DNA from: Auanema rhodensis
Taxonomy: Eukaryota; Animalia; Nematoda
Assembly: GCA_964057225.1 (NCBI GenBank)
Contig: OZ059896.1
Span: 22,258,001-22,322,000 of the forward strand
Length of the DNA stretch: 64,000 nucleotides
Direction of reading: 5' to 3'
Shown: piece by piece, positions 43,301 to 56,700 of the stretch
How positions within the stretch are numbered: the first letter of the stretch is position 1
How the letters are laid out: each line of letters begins with the position of its first letter
Translations under genes and position numbers: made by a program
The notes under the pieces: generated by a model
What the model was told of the DNA's origin: nothing
The model's input: the letters and a program-made list of their open reading frames with translations, nothing else
Database searches by the model: none

Positions 43301-43873
43301 TCGTTGAATAACATTGTCCATCGTCTTTGCCTTGAAAAATGGAATCTAAAAACATCTACTTTTTGCTAAATTATTTTGAAATTTTTCGAAAAAATTTTTG
43401 TCAAAATGTTTTTGGAAGCAATGTTGAGTGTACATGGAAACTCAACATACACTAATGCATCATTTTTCAAACGATCATAACTAATTTTTGTATTAAGCGT
43501 TTCTCAATGTAGTATAGTGCATTCGATGCGGATTTTTAAGCTGCGTCGATCTGTGTTATCAGATTTGCGCTAGCTTAAAAATGCACCGAGATATCAACTG
43601 ATATAAGTTCACACTTATATCCTCGATTTTCACCCTGAAGAATTATTTTTTTCGTTGAATAACACTGTCCATCGTCTTTGCCTTGAAAAATGGAATCTAA
43701 AAACATCTACTTTTTGCTAAATTATTTTGAAATTTTTCGAAACAATTTTTGTCAAAATGTTTTTGGAAGCAATGTTGAGTGTACATGGAAACTCAACATA
43801 CACTAATGCATCATTTTTCAAACGATCATAACTAATTTTTGTATTAAGCGTTTTTCAATGTAGTATAGTGCAT
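40364..43873. repeat. Second duplication with a 6-monomer (2106 bp) offset
   Basis: A221C (CGAAACAATT) occurs at 41637 and 43743, and G78A occurs in the copies at 41066 and 43172. The same four monomer types appear in order at 40364-41767 and 42470-43873. Confidence 0.85.
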
Positions 43874-46800
43874 TCGATGCGGATTTTTAAGCTGCGTCGA
43901 TCTCTGTTATCAGATTTGCGCTAGCTTAAAAATGCACCGAGATATCAACTGATATAAGTTCACACTTATATCCTCGATTTTCACCCTGAAGAATTAATTT
44001 TTTCGTTGAATAACATTGTCCATCGTCTTTGCCTTGAAAACTGGAATCTAAAAACATCTACTTTTAGCTAAATTATTTTGAAATTTTTCGAAAAAATTTT
44101 TGTCAAAATGTTTTTGGAAGCAATGTTGAGTGTACATGGAAACTCAACATACACTAATGCATCATTTTTCAAACGATCATAACTAATTTTTGTATTAAGC
44201 GTTTTTCAATGTAGTATAGTGCATTCGATGCGGATTTTTAAGCTGCGTCGATCTGTGTTATCAGATTTGCGCTAGCTTAAAAATGCACCGAGATATCAAC
44301 TGATATAAGTTCACTCTTATGTCCTCGATTTTCACCCTGAAGAATTAATTTTTTCGTTGAATAACATTGTCCATCGTCTTTGCCTTTAAAAATGGAATCT
44401 AAAAACATCTACTTTTTGCTAAATTATTTTGAAATTTTTCGAAAAAATTTTTGTCAAAATGTTTTTGGAAGCAATGTTGAGTGTACATGGAAACTCAACA
44501 TACACTAATGCATCATTTTTCAAACGATCATAACTAATTTTTGTATTAAGCGTTTTTCAATGTAGTATAGTGCATTCGATGCGGATTTTTAAGCTGCGTC
44601 GATCTCTGTTATCAGATTTGCGCTAGCTTAAAAATGCACCGAGATATCAACTGATATAAGTTCACACTTATATCCTCGATTTTCACCCTGAAGAATTAAT
44701 TTTTTCGTTGAATAACATTGTCCATCGTCTTTGCCTTGAAAACTGGAATCTAAAAACATCTACTTTTAGCTAAATTATTTTGAAATTTTTCGAAAAAATT
44801 TTTGTCAAAATGTTTTTGGAAGCAATGTTGAGTGTACATGGAAACTCAACATACACTAATGCATCATTTTTCAAACGATCATAACTAATTTTTGTATTAA
44901 GCGTTTTTCAATGTAGTATAGTGCATTCGATGCCGATTTTTAAGCTGCGTCGATCTGTGTTATCAGATTTGCGCTAGCTTAAAAATGCACCGAGATATCA
45001 ACTGATATAAGTTCACTCTTATATCCTCGATTTTCACCCTGAAGAATTAATTTTTTCGTTGAATAACATTGTCCATCGTCTTTGCCTTGAAAACTGGAAT
45101 CTAAAAACATCTACTTTTAGCTAAATTATTTTGAAATTTTTCGAAAAAATTTTTGTCAAAATGTTTTTGGAAGCAATGTTGAGTGTACATGGAAACTCAA
45201 CATACACTAATGCATCATTTTTCAAACGATCATAACTAATTTTTGTATTAAGCGTTTTTCAATGTAGTATAGTGCATTCGATGCGGATTTTTAAGCTGCG
45301 TCGATCTGTGTTATCAGATTTGCGCTAGCTTAAAAATGCACCGAGATATCAACTAATATAAGTTCACTCTTATATCCTCGATTTTCACCCTGAAGAATTA
45401 ATTTTTTCGTTGAATAACATTGTCCATCGTCTTTGCCTTGAAAAATGGAATCTAAAAACATCTACTTTTTGTTAAATTATTTTGAAATTTTTCGAAAAAA
45501 TTTTTGTCAAAATGTTTTTGGAAGCAATGTTGAGTGTACATGGAAACTCAACATACACTAATGCATCATTTTTCAAACGATCATAACTAATTTTTGTATT
45601 AAGCGTTTTTCAATGTAGTATAGTGCATTCGATGCGGATTTTTAAGCTGCGTCGATCTGTGTTATCAGATTTGCGCTAGCTTAAAAATGCACCGAGATAT
45701 CAACTGATATAAGTTCACACTTATATCCTCGATTTTCACCCTGAAGAATTATTTTTTTCGTTGAATAACACTGTCCATCGTCTTTGCCTTGAAAAATGGA
45801 ATCTAAAAACATCTACTTTTTGCTAAATTATTTTGAAATTTTTCGAAAAAATTTTTGTCAAAATGTTTTTGGAAGCAATGTTGAGTGTACATGGAAACTC
45901 AACATACACTAATGCATCATTTTTCAAACGATCATAACTAATTTTTGTATTAAGCGTTTTTCAATGTAGTATAGTGCATTCGATGCGGATTTTTAAGCTG
46001 CGTCGATCTGTGTTATCAGATTTGCGCTAGCTTAAAAATGCACCGAGATATCAACTGATATAAGTTCACTCTTATATCCTCGATTTTCACCCTGAAGAAT
46101 TAATTTTTTCGTTGAATAACATTGTTCATCGTCTTTGCCTTGAAAAATGGAATCTAAAAACATCTACTTTTTGCTAAATTATTTTGAAATTTTTCGAAAA
46201 AATTTTTGTCAAAATGTTTTTGGAAGCAATGTTGAGTGTACATGGAAACTCAACATACACTAATGCATCATTTTTCAAACGATCATAACTAATTTTTGTA
46301 TTAAGCGTTTTTCAATGTAGTATAGTGCATTCGATGCGGATTTTTAAGCTGCGTCGATCTGTGTTATCAGATTTGCGCTAGCTTAAAAATGCACCGAGAT
46401 ATCAACTGATATAAGTTCACTCTTATATCCTCGATTTTCACCCTGAAGAATTAATTTTTTCGTTGAATAACATTGTTCATCGTCTTTGCCTTGAAAAATG
46501 GAATCTAAAAACATCTACTTTTTGCTAAATTATTTTGAAATTTTTCGAAAAAATTTTTGTCAAAATGTTTTTGGAAGCAATGTTGAGTGTACATGGAAAC
46601 TCAACATACACTAATGCATCATTTTTCAAACGATCATAACTAATTTTTGTATTAAGCGTTTCTCAATGTAGTATAGTGCATTCGATGCGGATTTTTAAGC
46701 TGCGTCGATCTGTGTTATCAGATTTGCGCTAGCTTAAAAATGCACCAAGATATCAACTGATATAAGTTCACACTTATATCCTCGATTTTCACCCTAAAGA

Positions 46801-49800
46801 ATTAATTTTTTCGTTGAATAACATTGTCCATCGTCTTTGCCTTAAATAAAGGAATCTAAAAACATCTACTTTTTGCTAAATTATTTCGAAATTTTTCGAA
46901 AAAATTTTTGTCAAAATGTTTTTGGAAGCAATGTTGAGTGTACATGGAAACTCAACATACACTAATGCATCATTTTTCAAACGATCATAACTAATTTTTG
47001 TATTAAGCGTTTCTCAATGTAGTATAGTGCATTCGATGCGGATTTTTAAGCTGCGTCGATCTGTGTTATCAGATTTGCGCTAGCTTAAAAATGCACCGAG
47101 ATATCAACTGATATAAGTTCACTCTTATATCCTCGATTTTCACCCTAAAGAATTAATTTTTTCGTTGAATAACATTGTCCATCGTCTTTGCCTTAAATAA
47201 AGGAATCTAAAAACATCTACTTTTTGCTAAATTATTTCGAAATTTTTCGAAAAAATTTTTGTCAAAATGTTTTTGGAAGCAATGTTGAGTGTACATGGAA
47301 ACTCAACATACACTAATGCATCATTTTTCAAACGATCATAACTAATTTTTGTATTAAGCTTTTCTCAATGTAGTATAGTGCATTCGATGCGGATTTTTAA
47401 GCTGCGTCGATCTGTGTTATCAGATTTGCGCTAGCTTAAAAATGCACCGAGATATCAACTGATATAAGTTCACTCTTATATCCTCGATTTTCACCCTGAA
47501 GAATTAATTTTTTCGTTGAATAACATTGTTCATCGTCTTTGCCTTGAAAAATGGAATCTAAAAACATCTACTTTTTGCTAAATTATTTTGAAATTTTTCG
47601 AAAAAATTTTTGTCAAAATGTTTTTGGAAGCAATGTTGAGTGTACATGGAAACTCAACATACACTAATGCATCATTTTTCAAACGATCATAACTAATTTT
47701 TGTATTAAGCGTTTTTCAATGTAGTATAGTGCATTCGATGCGGATTTTTAAGCTGCGTCGATCTGTGTTATCAGATTTGCGCTAGCTTAAAAATGCACCG
47801 AGATATCAACTGATATAAGTTCACACTTATATCCTCGATTTTCACCCTGAAGAATTAATTTTTTCGTTGAATAACATTGTTCATCGTCTTTGCCTTGAAA
47901 AATGGAATCTAAAAACATCTACTTTTAGCTAAATTATTTTGAAATTTTTCGAAAAAATTTTTGTCAAAATGTTTTTGGAAGCAATGTTGAGTGTACATGG
48001 AAACTCAACATACACTAATGCATCATTTTTCAAACGATCATAACTAATTTTTGTATTAAGCGTTTTTCAATGTAGTATAGTGCATTCGATGCGGATTTTT
48101 AAGCTGCGTCGATCTGTGTTATCAGATTTGCGCTAGCTTAAAAATGCACCGAGATATCAACTGATATAAGTTCACACTTATATCCTCGATTTTCACCCTG
48201 AAGAATTAATTTTTTCGTTGAATAACATTGTCCATCGTCTTTGCCTTGAAAAATGGAATCTAAAAACATCTACTTTTTGCTAAATTATTTTGAAATTTTT
48301 CGAAAAAATTTTTGTCAAAATGTTTTTGGAAGCAATGTTGAGTGTACATGGAAACTCAACATACACTAATGCATCATTTTTCAAACGATCATAACTAATT
48401 TTTGTATTAAGCGTTTTTCAATGTAGTATAGTGCATTCGATGCGGATTTTTAAGCTGCGTCGATCTCTGTTATCAGATTTGCGCTAGCTTAAAAATGCAC
48501 CGAGATATCAACTGATATAAGTTCACACTTATATCCTCGATTTTCACCCTGAAGAATTAATTTTTTCGTTGAATAACATTGTCCATCGTCTTTGCCTTGA
48601 AAACTGGAATCTAAAAACATCTACTTTTTGCTAAATTATTTTGAAATTTTTCGAAAAAATTTTTGTCAAAATGTTTTTGGAAGCAATGTTGAGTGTACAT
48701 GGAAACTCAACATACACTAATGCATCATTTTTCAAACGATCATAACTAATTTTTGTATTAAGCGTTTTTCAATGTAGTATAGTGCATTCGATGCGGATTT
48801 TTAAGCTGCGTCGATCTCTGTTATCAGATTTGCGCTAGCTTAAAAATGCACCGAGATATCAACTGATATAAGTTCACACTTATATCCTCGATTTTCACCC
48901 TGAAGAATTAATTTTTTCGTTGAATAACATTGTCCATCGTCTTTGCCTTGAAAACTGGAATCTAAAAACATCTACTTTTTGCTAAATTATTTCGAAATTT
49001 TTCGAAAAAATTTTTGTCAAAATGTTTTTGGAAGCAATGTTGAGTGTACATGGAAACTCAACATACACTAATGCATCATTTTTCAAACGATCATAACTAA
49101 TTTTTGTATTAAGCGTTTCTCAATGTAGTATAGTGCATTCGATGCGGATTTTTAAGCTGCGTCGATCTCTGTTATCAGATTTGCGCTAGCTTAAAAATGC
49201 ACCGAGATATCAACTGATATAAGTTCACTCTTATATCCTCGATTTTCACCCTGAAGAATTAATTTTTTCGTTGAATAACATTGTCCATCGTCTTTGCCTT
49301 GAAAAATGGAATCTAAAAACATCTACTTTTTGCTAAATTATTTCGAAATTTTTCGTAAAAATTTTTGTCAAAATGTTTTTGGAAGCAATGTTGAGTGTAC
49401 ATGGAAACTCAACATACACTAATGCATCATTTTTCAAACGATCATAACTAATTTTTGTATTAAGCGTTTTTCAATGTAGTATAGTGCATTCGATGCGGAT
49501 TTTTAAGCTGCGTCGATCTGTGTTATCAGATTTGCGCTAGCTTAAAAATGCACCGAGATATCAACTGATATAAGTTCACTCTTATATCCTCGATTTTCAC
49601 CCTGAAGAATTAATTTTTTCGTTGAATAACATTGTCCATCGTCTTTGCCTTGAAAAATGGAATCTAAAAACATCTACTTTTTGCTAAATTATTTTGAAAT
49701 TTTTCGAAAAAATTTTTGTCAAAATGTTTTTGGAAGCAATGTTGAGTGTACATGGAAACTCAACATACACTAATGCATCATTTTTCAAACGATCATAACT

Positions 49801-52800
49801 AATTTTTGTATTAAGCGTTTTTCAATGTAGTATAGTGCATTCGATGCGGATTTTTAAGCTGCGTCGATCTCTGTTATCAGATTTGCGCTAGCTTAAAAAT
49901 GCACCGAGATATCAACTGATATAAGTTCACACTTATATCCTCGATTTTCACCCTGAAGAATTAATTTTTTCGTTGAATAACATTGTCCATCGTCTTTGCC
50001 TTGAAAACTGGAATCTAAAAACATCTACTTTTTGCTAAATTATTTCGAAATTTTTCGAAAAAATTTTTGTCAAAATGTTTTTGGAAGCAATGTTGAGTGT
50101 ACATGGAAACTCAACATACACTAATGCATCATTTTTCAAACGATCATAACTAATTTTTGTATTAAGCGTTTCTCAATGTAGTATAGTGCATTCGATGCGG
50201 ATTTTTAAGCTGCGTCGATCTCTGTTATCAGATTTGCGCTAGCTTAAAAATGCACCGAGATATCAACTGATATAAGTTCACTCTTATATCCTCGATTTTC
50301 ACCCTGAAGAATTAATTTTTTCGTTGAATAACATTGTCCATCGTCTTTGCCTTGAAAAATGGAATCTAAAAACATCTACTTTTTGCTAAATTATTTCGAA
50401 ATTTTTCGTAAAAATTTTTGTCAAAATGTTTTTGGAAGCAATGTTGAGTGTACATGGAAACTCAACATACACTAATGCATCATTTTTCAAACGATCATAA
50501 CTAATTTTTGTATTAAGCGTTTTTCAATGTAGTATAGTGCATTCGATGCGGATTTTTAAGCTGCGTCGATCTGTGTTATCAGATTTGCGCTAGCTTAAAA
50601 ATGCACCGAGATATCAACTGATATAAGTTCACTCTTATATCCTCGATTTTCACCCTGAAGAATTAATTTTTTCGTTGAATAACATTGTCCATCGTCTTTG
50701 CCTTGAAAAATGGAATCTAAAAACATCTACTTTTTGCTAAATTATTTTGAAATTTTTCGAAAAAATTTTTGTCAAAATGTTTTTGGAAGCAATGTTGAGT
50801 GTACATGGAAACTCAACATACACTAATGCATCATTTTTCAAACGATCATAACTAATTTTTGTATTAAGCGTTTTTCAATGTAGTATAGTGCATTCGATGC
50901 GGATTTTTAAGCTGCGTCGATCTCTGTTATCAGATTTGCGCTAGCTTAAAAATGCACCGAGATATCAACTGATATAAGTTCACACTTATATCCTCGATTT
51001 TCACCCTGAAGAATTAATTTTTTCGTTGAATAACATTGTCCATCGTCTTTGCCTTGAAAACTGGAATCTAAAAACATCTACTTTTTGCTAAATTATTTTG
51101 AAATTTTTCGAAAAAATTTTTGTCAAAATGTTTTTGGAAGCAATGTTGAGTGTACATGGAAACTCAACATACACTAATGCATCATTTTTCAAACGATCAT
51201 AACTAATTTTTGTATTAAGCGTTTTTCAATGTAGTATAGTGCATTCGATGCGGATTTTTAAGCTGCGTCGATCTGTGTTATCAGATTTGCGCTAGCTTAA
51301 AAATGCACCGAGATATCAACTGATATAAGTTCACTCTTATATCCTCGATTTTCACCCTGAAGAATTAATTTTTTCGTTGAATAACATTGTCCATCGTCTT
51401 TGCCTTGAAAAATGGAATCTAAAAACATCTACTTTTTGCTAAATTATTTTGAAATTTTTCGAAAAAATTTTTGTCAAAATGTTTTTGGAAGCAATGTTGA
51501 GTGTACATGGAAACTCAACATACACTAATGCATCATTTTTCAAACGATCATAACTAATTTTTGTATTAAGCGTTTTTCAATGTAGTATAGTGCATTCGAT
51601 GCGGATTTTTAAGCTGCGTCGATCTCTGTTATCAGATTTGCGCTAGCTTAAAAATGCACCGAGATATCAACTGATATAAGTTCACACTTATATCCTCGAT
51701 TTTCACCCTGAAGAATTAATTTTTTCGTTGAATAACATTGTCCATCGTCTTTGCCTTGAAAACTGGAATCTAAAAACATCTACTTTTTGCTAAATTATTT
51801 CGAAATTTTTCGAAAAAATTTTTGTCAAAATGTTTTTGGAAGCAATGTTGAGTGTACATGGAAACTCAACATACACTAATGCATCATTTTTCAAACGATC
51901 ATAACTAATTTTTGTATTAAGCGTTTCTCAATGTATTATAGTGCATTCGATGCGGATTTTTAAGCTGCGTCGATCTGTGTTATCAGATTTGCGCTAGCTT
52001 AAAAATGCACCGAGATATCAACTGATATAAGTTCACTCTTATATCCTCGATTTTCACCCTGAAGAATTAATTTTTTCGTTGAATAACATTGTCCATCGTC
52101 TTTGCCTTGAAAAATGGAATCTAAAAACATCTACTTTTTGCTAAATTATTTTGAAATTTTTCGAAAAAATTTTTGTCAAAATGTTTTTGGAAGCAATGTT
52201 GAGTGTACATGGAAACTCAACATACACTAATGCATCATTTTTCAAACGATCATAACTAATTTTTGTATTAAGCGTTTTTCAATGTAGTATAGTGCATTCG
52301 ATGCGGATTTTTAAGCTGCGTCGATCTGTGTTATCAGATTTGCGCTAGCTTAAAAATGCACCGAGATATCAACTGATATAAGTTCACTCTTATATCCTCG
52401 ATTTTCACCCTGAAGAATTAATTTTTTCGTTGAATAACATTGTCCATCGTCTTTGCCTTGAAAAATGGAATCTAAAAACATCTACTTTTTGCTAAATTAT
52501 TTTGAAATTTTTCGAAAAAATTTTTGTCAAAATGTTTTTGGAAGCAATGTTGAGTGTACATGGAAACTCAACATACACTAATGCATCATTTTTCAAACGA
52601 TCATAACTAATTTTTGTATTAAGCGTTTTTCAATGTAATATAGTGCATTCGATGCGGATTTTTAAGCTGCGTCGATCTCTGTTATCAGATTTGCGCTAGC
52701 TTAAAAATGCACCGAGATATCAACTGATATAAGTTCACACTTATATCCTCGATTTTCACCCTGAAGAATTAATTTTTTCGTTGAATAACATTGTCCATCG

Positions 52801-53700
52801 TCTTTGCCTTGAAAACTGGAATCTAAAAACATCTACTTTTTGCTAAATTATTTTGAAATTTTTCGAAAAAATTTTTGTCAAAATGTTTTTGGAAGCAATG
52901 TTGAGTGTACATGGAAACTCAACATACACTAATGCATCATTTTTCAAACGATCATAACTAATTTTTGTATTAAGCGTTTTTCAATGTAGTATAGTGCATT
53001 CGATGCGGATTTTTAAGCTGCGTCGATCTCTGTTATCAGATTTGCGCTAGCTTAAAAATGCACCGAGATATCAACTGATATAAGTTCACTCTTATATCCT
53101 CGATTTTCACCCTGAAGAATTAATTTTTTCGTTGAATAACATTGTCCATCGTCTTTGCCTTGAAAAATGGAATCTAAAAACATCTACTTTTTGCTAAATT
53201 ATTTTGAAATTTTTCGAAAAAATTTTGTCAAAATGTTTTTGGAAGCAATGTTGAGTGTACATGGAAACTCAACATACACTAATGCATCATTTTTCAAACG
53301 ATCATAACTAATTTTTGTATTAAGCGTTTCTCAATGTAGTATAGTGCATTCGATGCGGATTTTTAAGCTGCGTCGATCTCTGTTATCAGATTTGCGCTAG
53401 CTTAAAAATGCACCGAGATATCAACTGATATAAGTTCACTCTTATATCCTCGATTTTCACCCTGAAGAATTAATTTTTTCGTTGAATAACATTGTCCATC
53501 GTCTTTGCCTTGAAAAATGGAATCTAAAAACATCTACTTTTTGCTAAATTATTTTGAAATTTTTCGAAAAAATTTTTGTCAAAATGTTTTTGGAAGCAAT
53601 GTTGAGTGTACATGGAAACTCAACATACACTAATGCATCATTTTTCAAACGATCATAACTAATTTTTGTATTAAGCGTTTCTCAATGTAGTATAGTGCAT
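43874..53700. repeat. Sequence domain 2 (G31C, A168C, frequent A91T and C332T)
   Basis: GATCTCTG and GAAAACTGG first appear in the copy at 43874. The G9C type is last seen at 42470. Confidence 0.8.
48788..50893. repeat. Trimer duplication (2 x 1053 bp)
   Basis: Copies at 48788/49139/49490 match those at 49841/50192/50543. The private variant A218T (TTTCGTAAAA) is present in the copies at 49139 and 50192. Confidence 0.88.
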
Positions 53701-56700
53701 TCGATGCGGATTTTTAAGCTGCGTCGATCTGTGTTATCAGATTTGCGCTAGCTTAAAAATGCACCGAGATATCAACTGATATAAGTTCACACTTATATCC
53801 TCGATTTTCACCCTGAAGAAATAATTTTTCCGTTGAATAACATTGTCCATCGTCTTTGCCTTGAAAAAAGGAATCTAAAAACATCTACTTTTTGCTAAAT
53901 TATTTCGAAATTTTTCGAAAAAATTTTTGTCAAAATGTTTTTGGAAGCAATGTTGAGTGTACATGGAAACTCAACATACACTAATGCATCATTTTTCAAA
54001 CGATCATAACTAATTTTTGTATTAAGCGTTTCTCAATGTAGTATAGTGCATTCGATGCGGATTTTTAAGCTGCGTCGATCTCTGTTATCAGATTTGCGCT
54101 AGCTTAAAAATGCACCGAGATATCAACTGATATAAGTTCACACTTATATCCTCGATTTTCACCCTGAAGAATTAATTTTTTCGTTGAATAACATTGTCCA
54201 TCGTCTTTGCCTTGAAAAATGGAATCTAAAAACATCTACTTTTTGCTAAATTATTTTGAAATTTTTCGAAAAAATTTTTGTCAAAATGTTTTTGGAAGCA
54301 ATGTTGAGTGTACATGGAAACTCAACATACACTAATGCATCATTTTTCAAACGATCATAACTAATTTTTGTATTAAGCGTTTTTCAATGTAATATAGTGC
54401 ATTCGATGCGGATTTTTAAGCTGCGTCGATCTCTGTTATCAGATTTGCGCTAGCTTAAAAATGCACCGAGATATCAACTGATATAAGTTCACACTTATAT
54501 CCTCGATTTTCACCCTGAAGAATTAATTTTTTCGTTGAATAACATTGTCCATCGTCTTTGCCTTGAAAACTGGAATCTAAAAACATCTACTTTTTGCTAA
54601 ATTATTTTGAAATTTTTCGAAAAAATTTTTGTCAAAATGTTTTTGGAAGCAATGTTGAGTGTACATGGAAACTCAACATACACTAATGCATCATTTTTCA
54701 AACGATCATAACTAATTTTTGTATTAAGCGTTTTTCAATGTAGTATAGTGCATTCGATGCGGATTTTTAAGCTGCGTCGATCTCTGTTATCAGATTTGCG
54801 CTAGCTTAAAAATGCACCGAGATATCAACTGATATAAGTTCACACTTATATCCTCGATTTTCACCCTGAAGAAATAATTTTTCCGTTGAATAACATTGTC
54901 CATCGTCTTTGCCTTGAAAAAAGGAATCTAAAAACATCTACTTTTTGCTAAATTATTTCGAAATTTTTCGAAAAAATTTTTGTCAAAATGTTTTTGGAAG
55001 CAATGTTGAGTGTACATGGAAACTCAACATACACTAATGCATCATTTTTCAAACGATCATAACTAATTTTTGTATTAAGCGTTTCTCAATGTAGTATAGT
55101 GCATTCGATGCGGATTTTTAAGCTGCGTCGATCTCTGTTATCAGATTTGCGCTAGCTTAAAAATGCACCGAGATATCAACTGATATAAGTTCACACTTAT
55201 ATCCTCGATTTTCACCCTGAAGAATTAATTTTTTCGTTGAATAACATTGTCCATCGTCTTTGCCTTGAAAAATGGAATCTAAAAACATCTACTTTTTGCT
55301 AAATTATTTTGAAATTTTTCGAAAAAATTTTTGTCAAAATGTTTTTGGAAGCAATGTTGAGTGTACATGGAAACTCAACATACACTAATGCATCATTTTT
55401 CAAACGATCATAACTAATTTTTGTATTAAGCGTTTCTCAATGTAGTATAGTGCATTCGATGCGGATTTTTAAGCTGCGTCGATCTGTGTTATCAGATTTG
55501 CGCTAGCTTAAAAATGCACCGAGATATCAACTGATATAAGTTCACACTTATATCCTCGATTTTCACCCTGAAGAATTAATTTTTTCGTTGAATAACATTG
55601 TCCATCGTCTTTGCCTTGAAAAAAGGAATCTAAAAACATCTACTTTTTGCTAAATTATTTCGAAATTTTTCGAAAAAATTTTTGTCAAAATGTTTTTGGA
55701 AGCAATGTTGAGTGTACATGGAAACTCAACATACACTAATGCATCATTTTTCAAACGATCATAACTAATTTTTGTATTAAGCGTTTCTCAATGTAGTATA
55801 GTGCATTCGATGCGGATTTTTAAGCTGCGTCGATCTGTGTTATCAGATTTGCGCTAGCTTAAAAATGCACCGAGATATCAACTGATATAAGTTCACACTT
55901 ATATCCTCGATTTTCACCCTGAAGAAATAATTTTTCCGTTGAATAACATTGTCCATCGTCTTTGCCTTGAAAAAAGGAATCTAAAAACATCTACTTTTTG
56001 CTAAATTATTTCGAAATTTTTCGAAAAAATTTTTGTCAAAATGTTTTTGGAAGCAATGTTGAGTGTACATGGAAACTCAACATACACTAATGCATCATTT
56101 TTCAAACGATCATAACTAATTTTTGTATTAAGCGTTTCTCAATGTAGTATAGTGCATTCGATGCGGATTTTTAAGCTGCGTCGATCTCTGTTATCAGATT
56201 TGCGCTAGCTTAAAAATGCACCGAGATATCAACTGATATAAGTTCACACTTATATCCTCGATTTTCACCCTGAAGGAATAATTTTTTCGTTGAATAACAT
56301 TGTCCATCGTCTTTGCCTTGAAAAATGGAATCTAAAAACATCTACTTTTTGCTAAATTATTTTGAAATTTTTCGAAAAAATTTTTGTCAAAATGTTTTTG
56401 GAAGCAATGTTGAGTGTACATGGAAACTCAACATACACTAATGCATCATTTTTCAAACGATCATAACTAATTTTTGTATTAAGCGTTTCTCAATGTAGTA
56501 TAGTGCATTCGATGCGGATTTTTAAGCTGCGTCGATCTGTGTTATCAGATTTGCGCTAGCTTAAAAATGCACCGAGATATCAACTGATATAAGTTCACAC
56601 TTATATCCTCGATTTTCACCCTGAAGAATTAATTTTTTCGTTGAATAACATTGTCCATCGTCTTTGCCTTGAAAAAAGGAATCTAAAAACATCTACTTTT

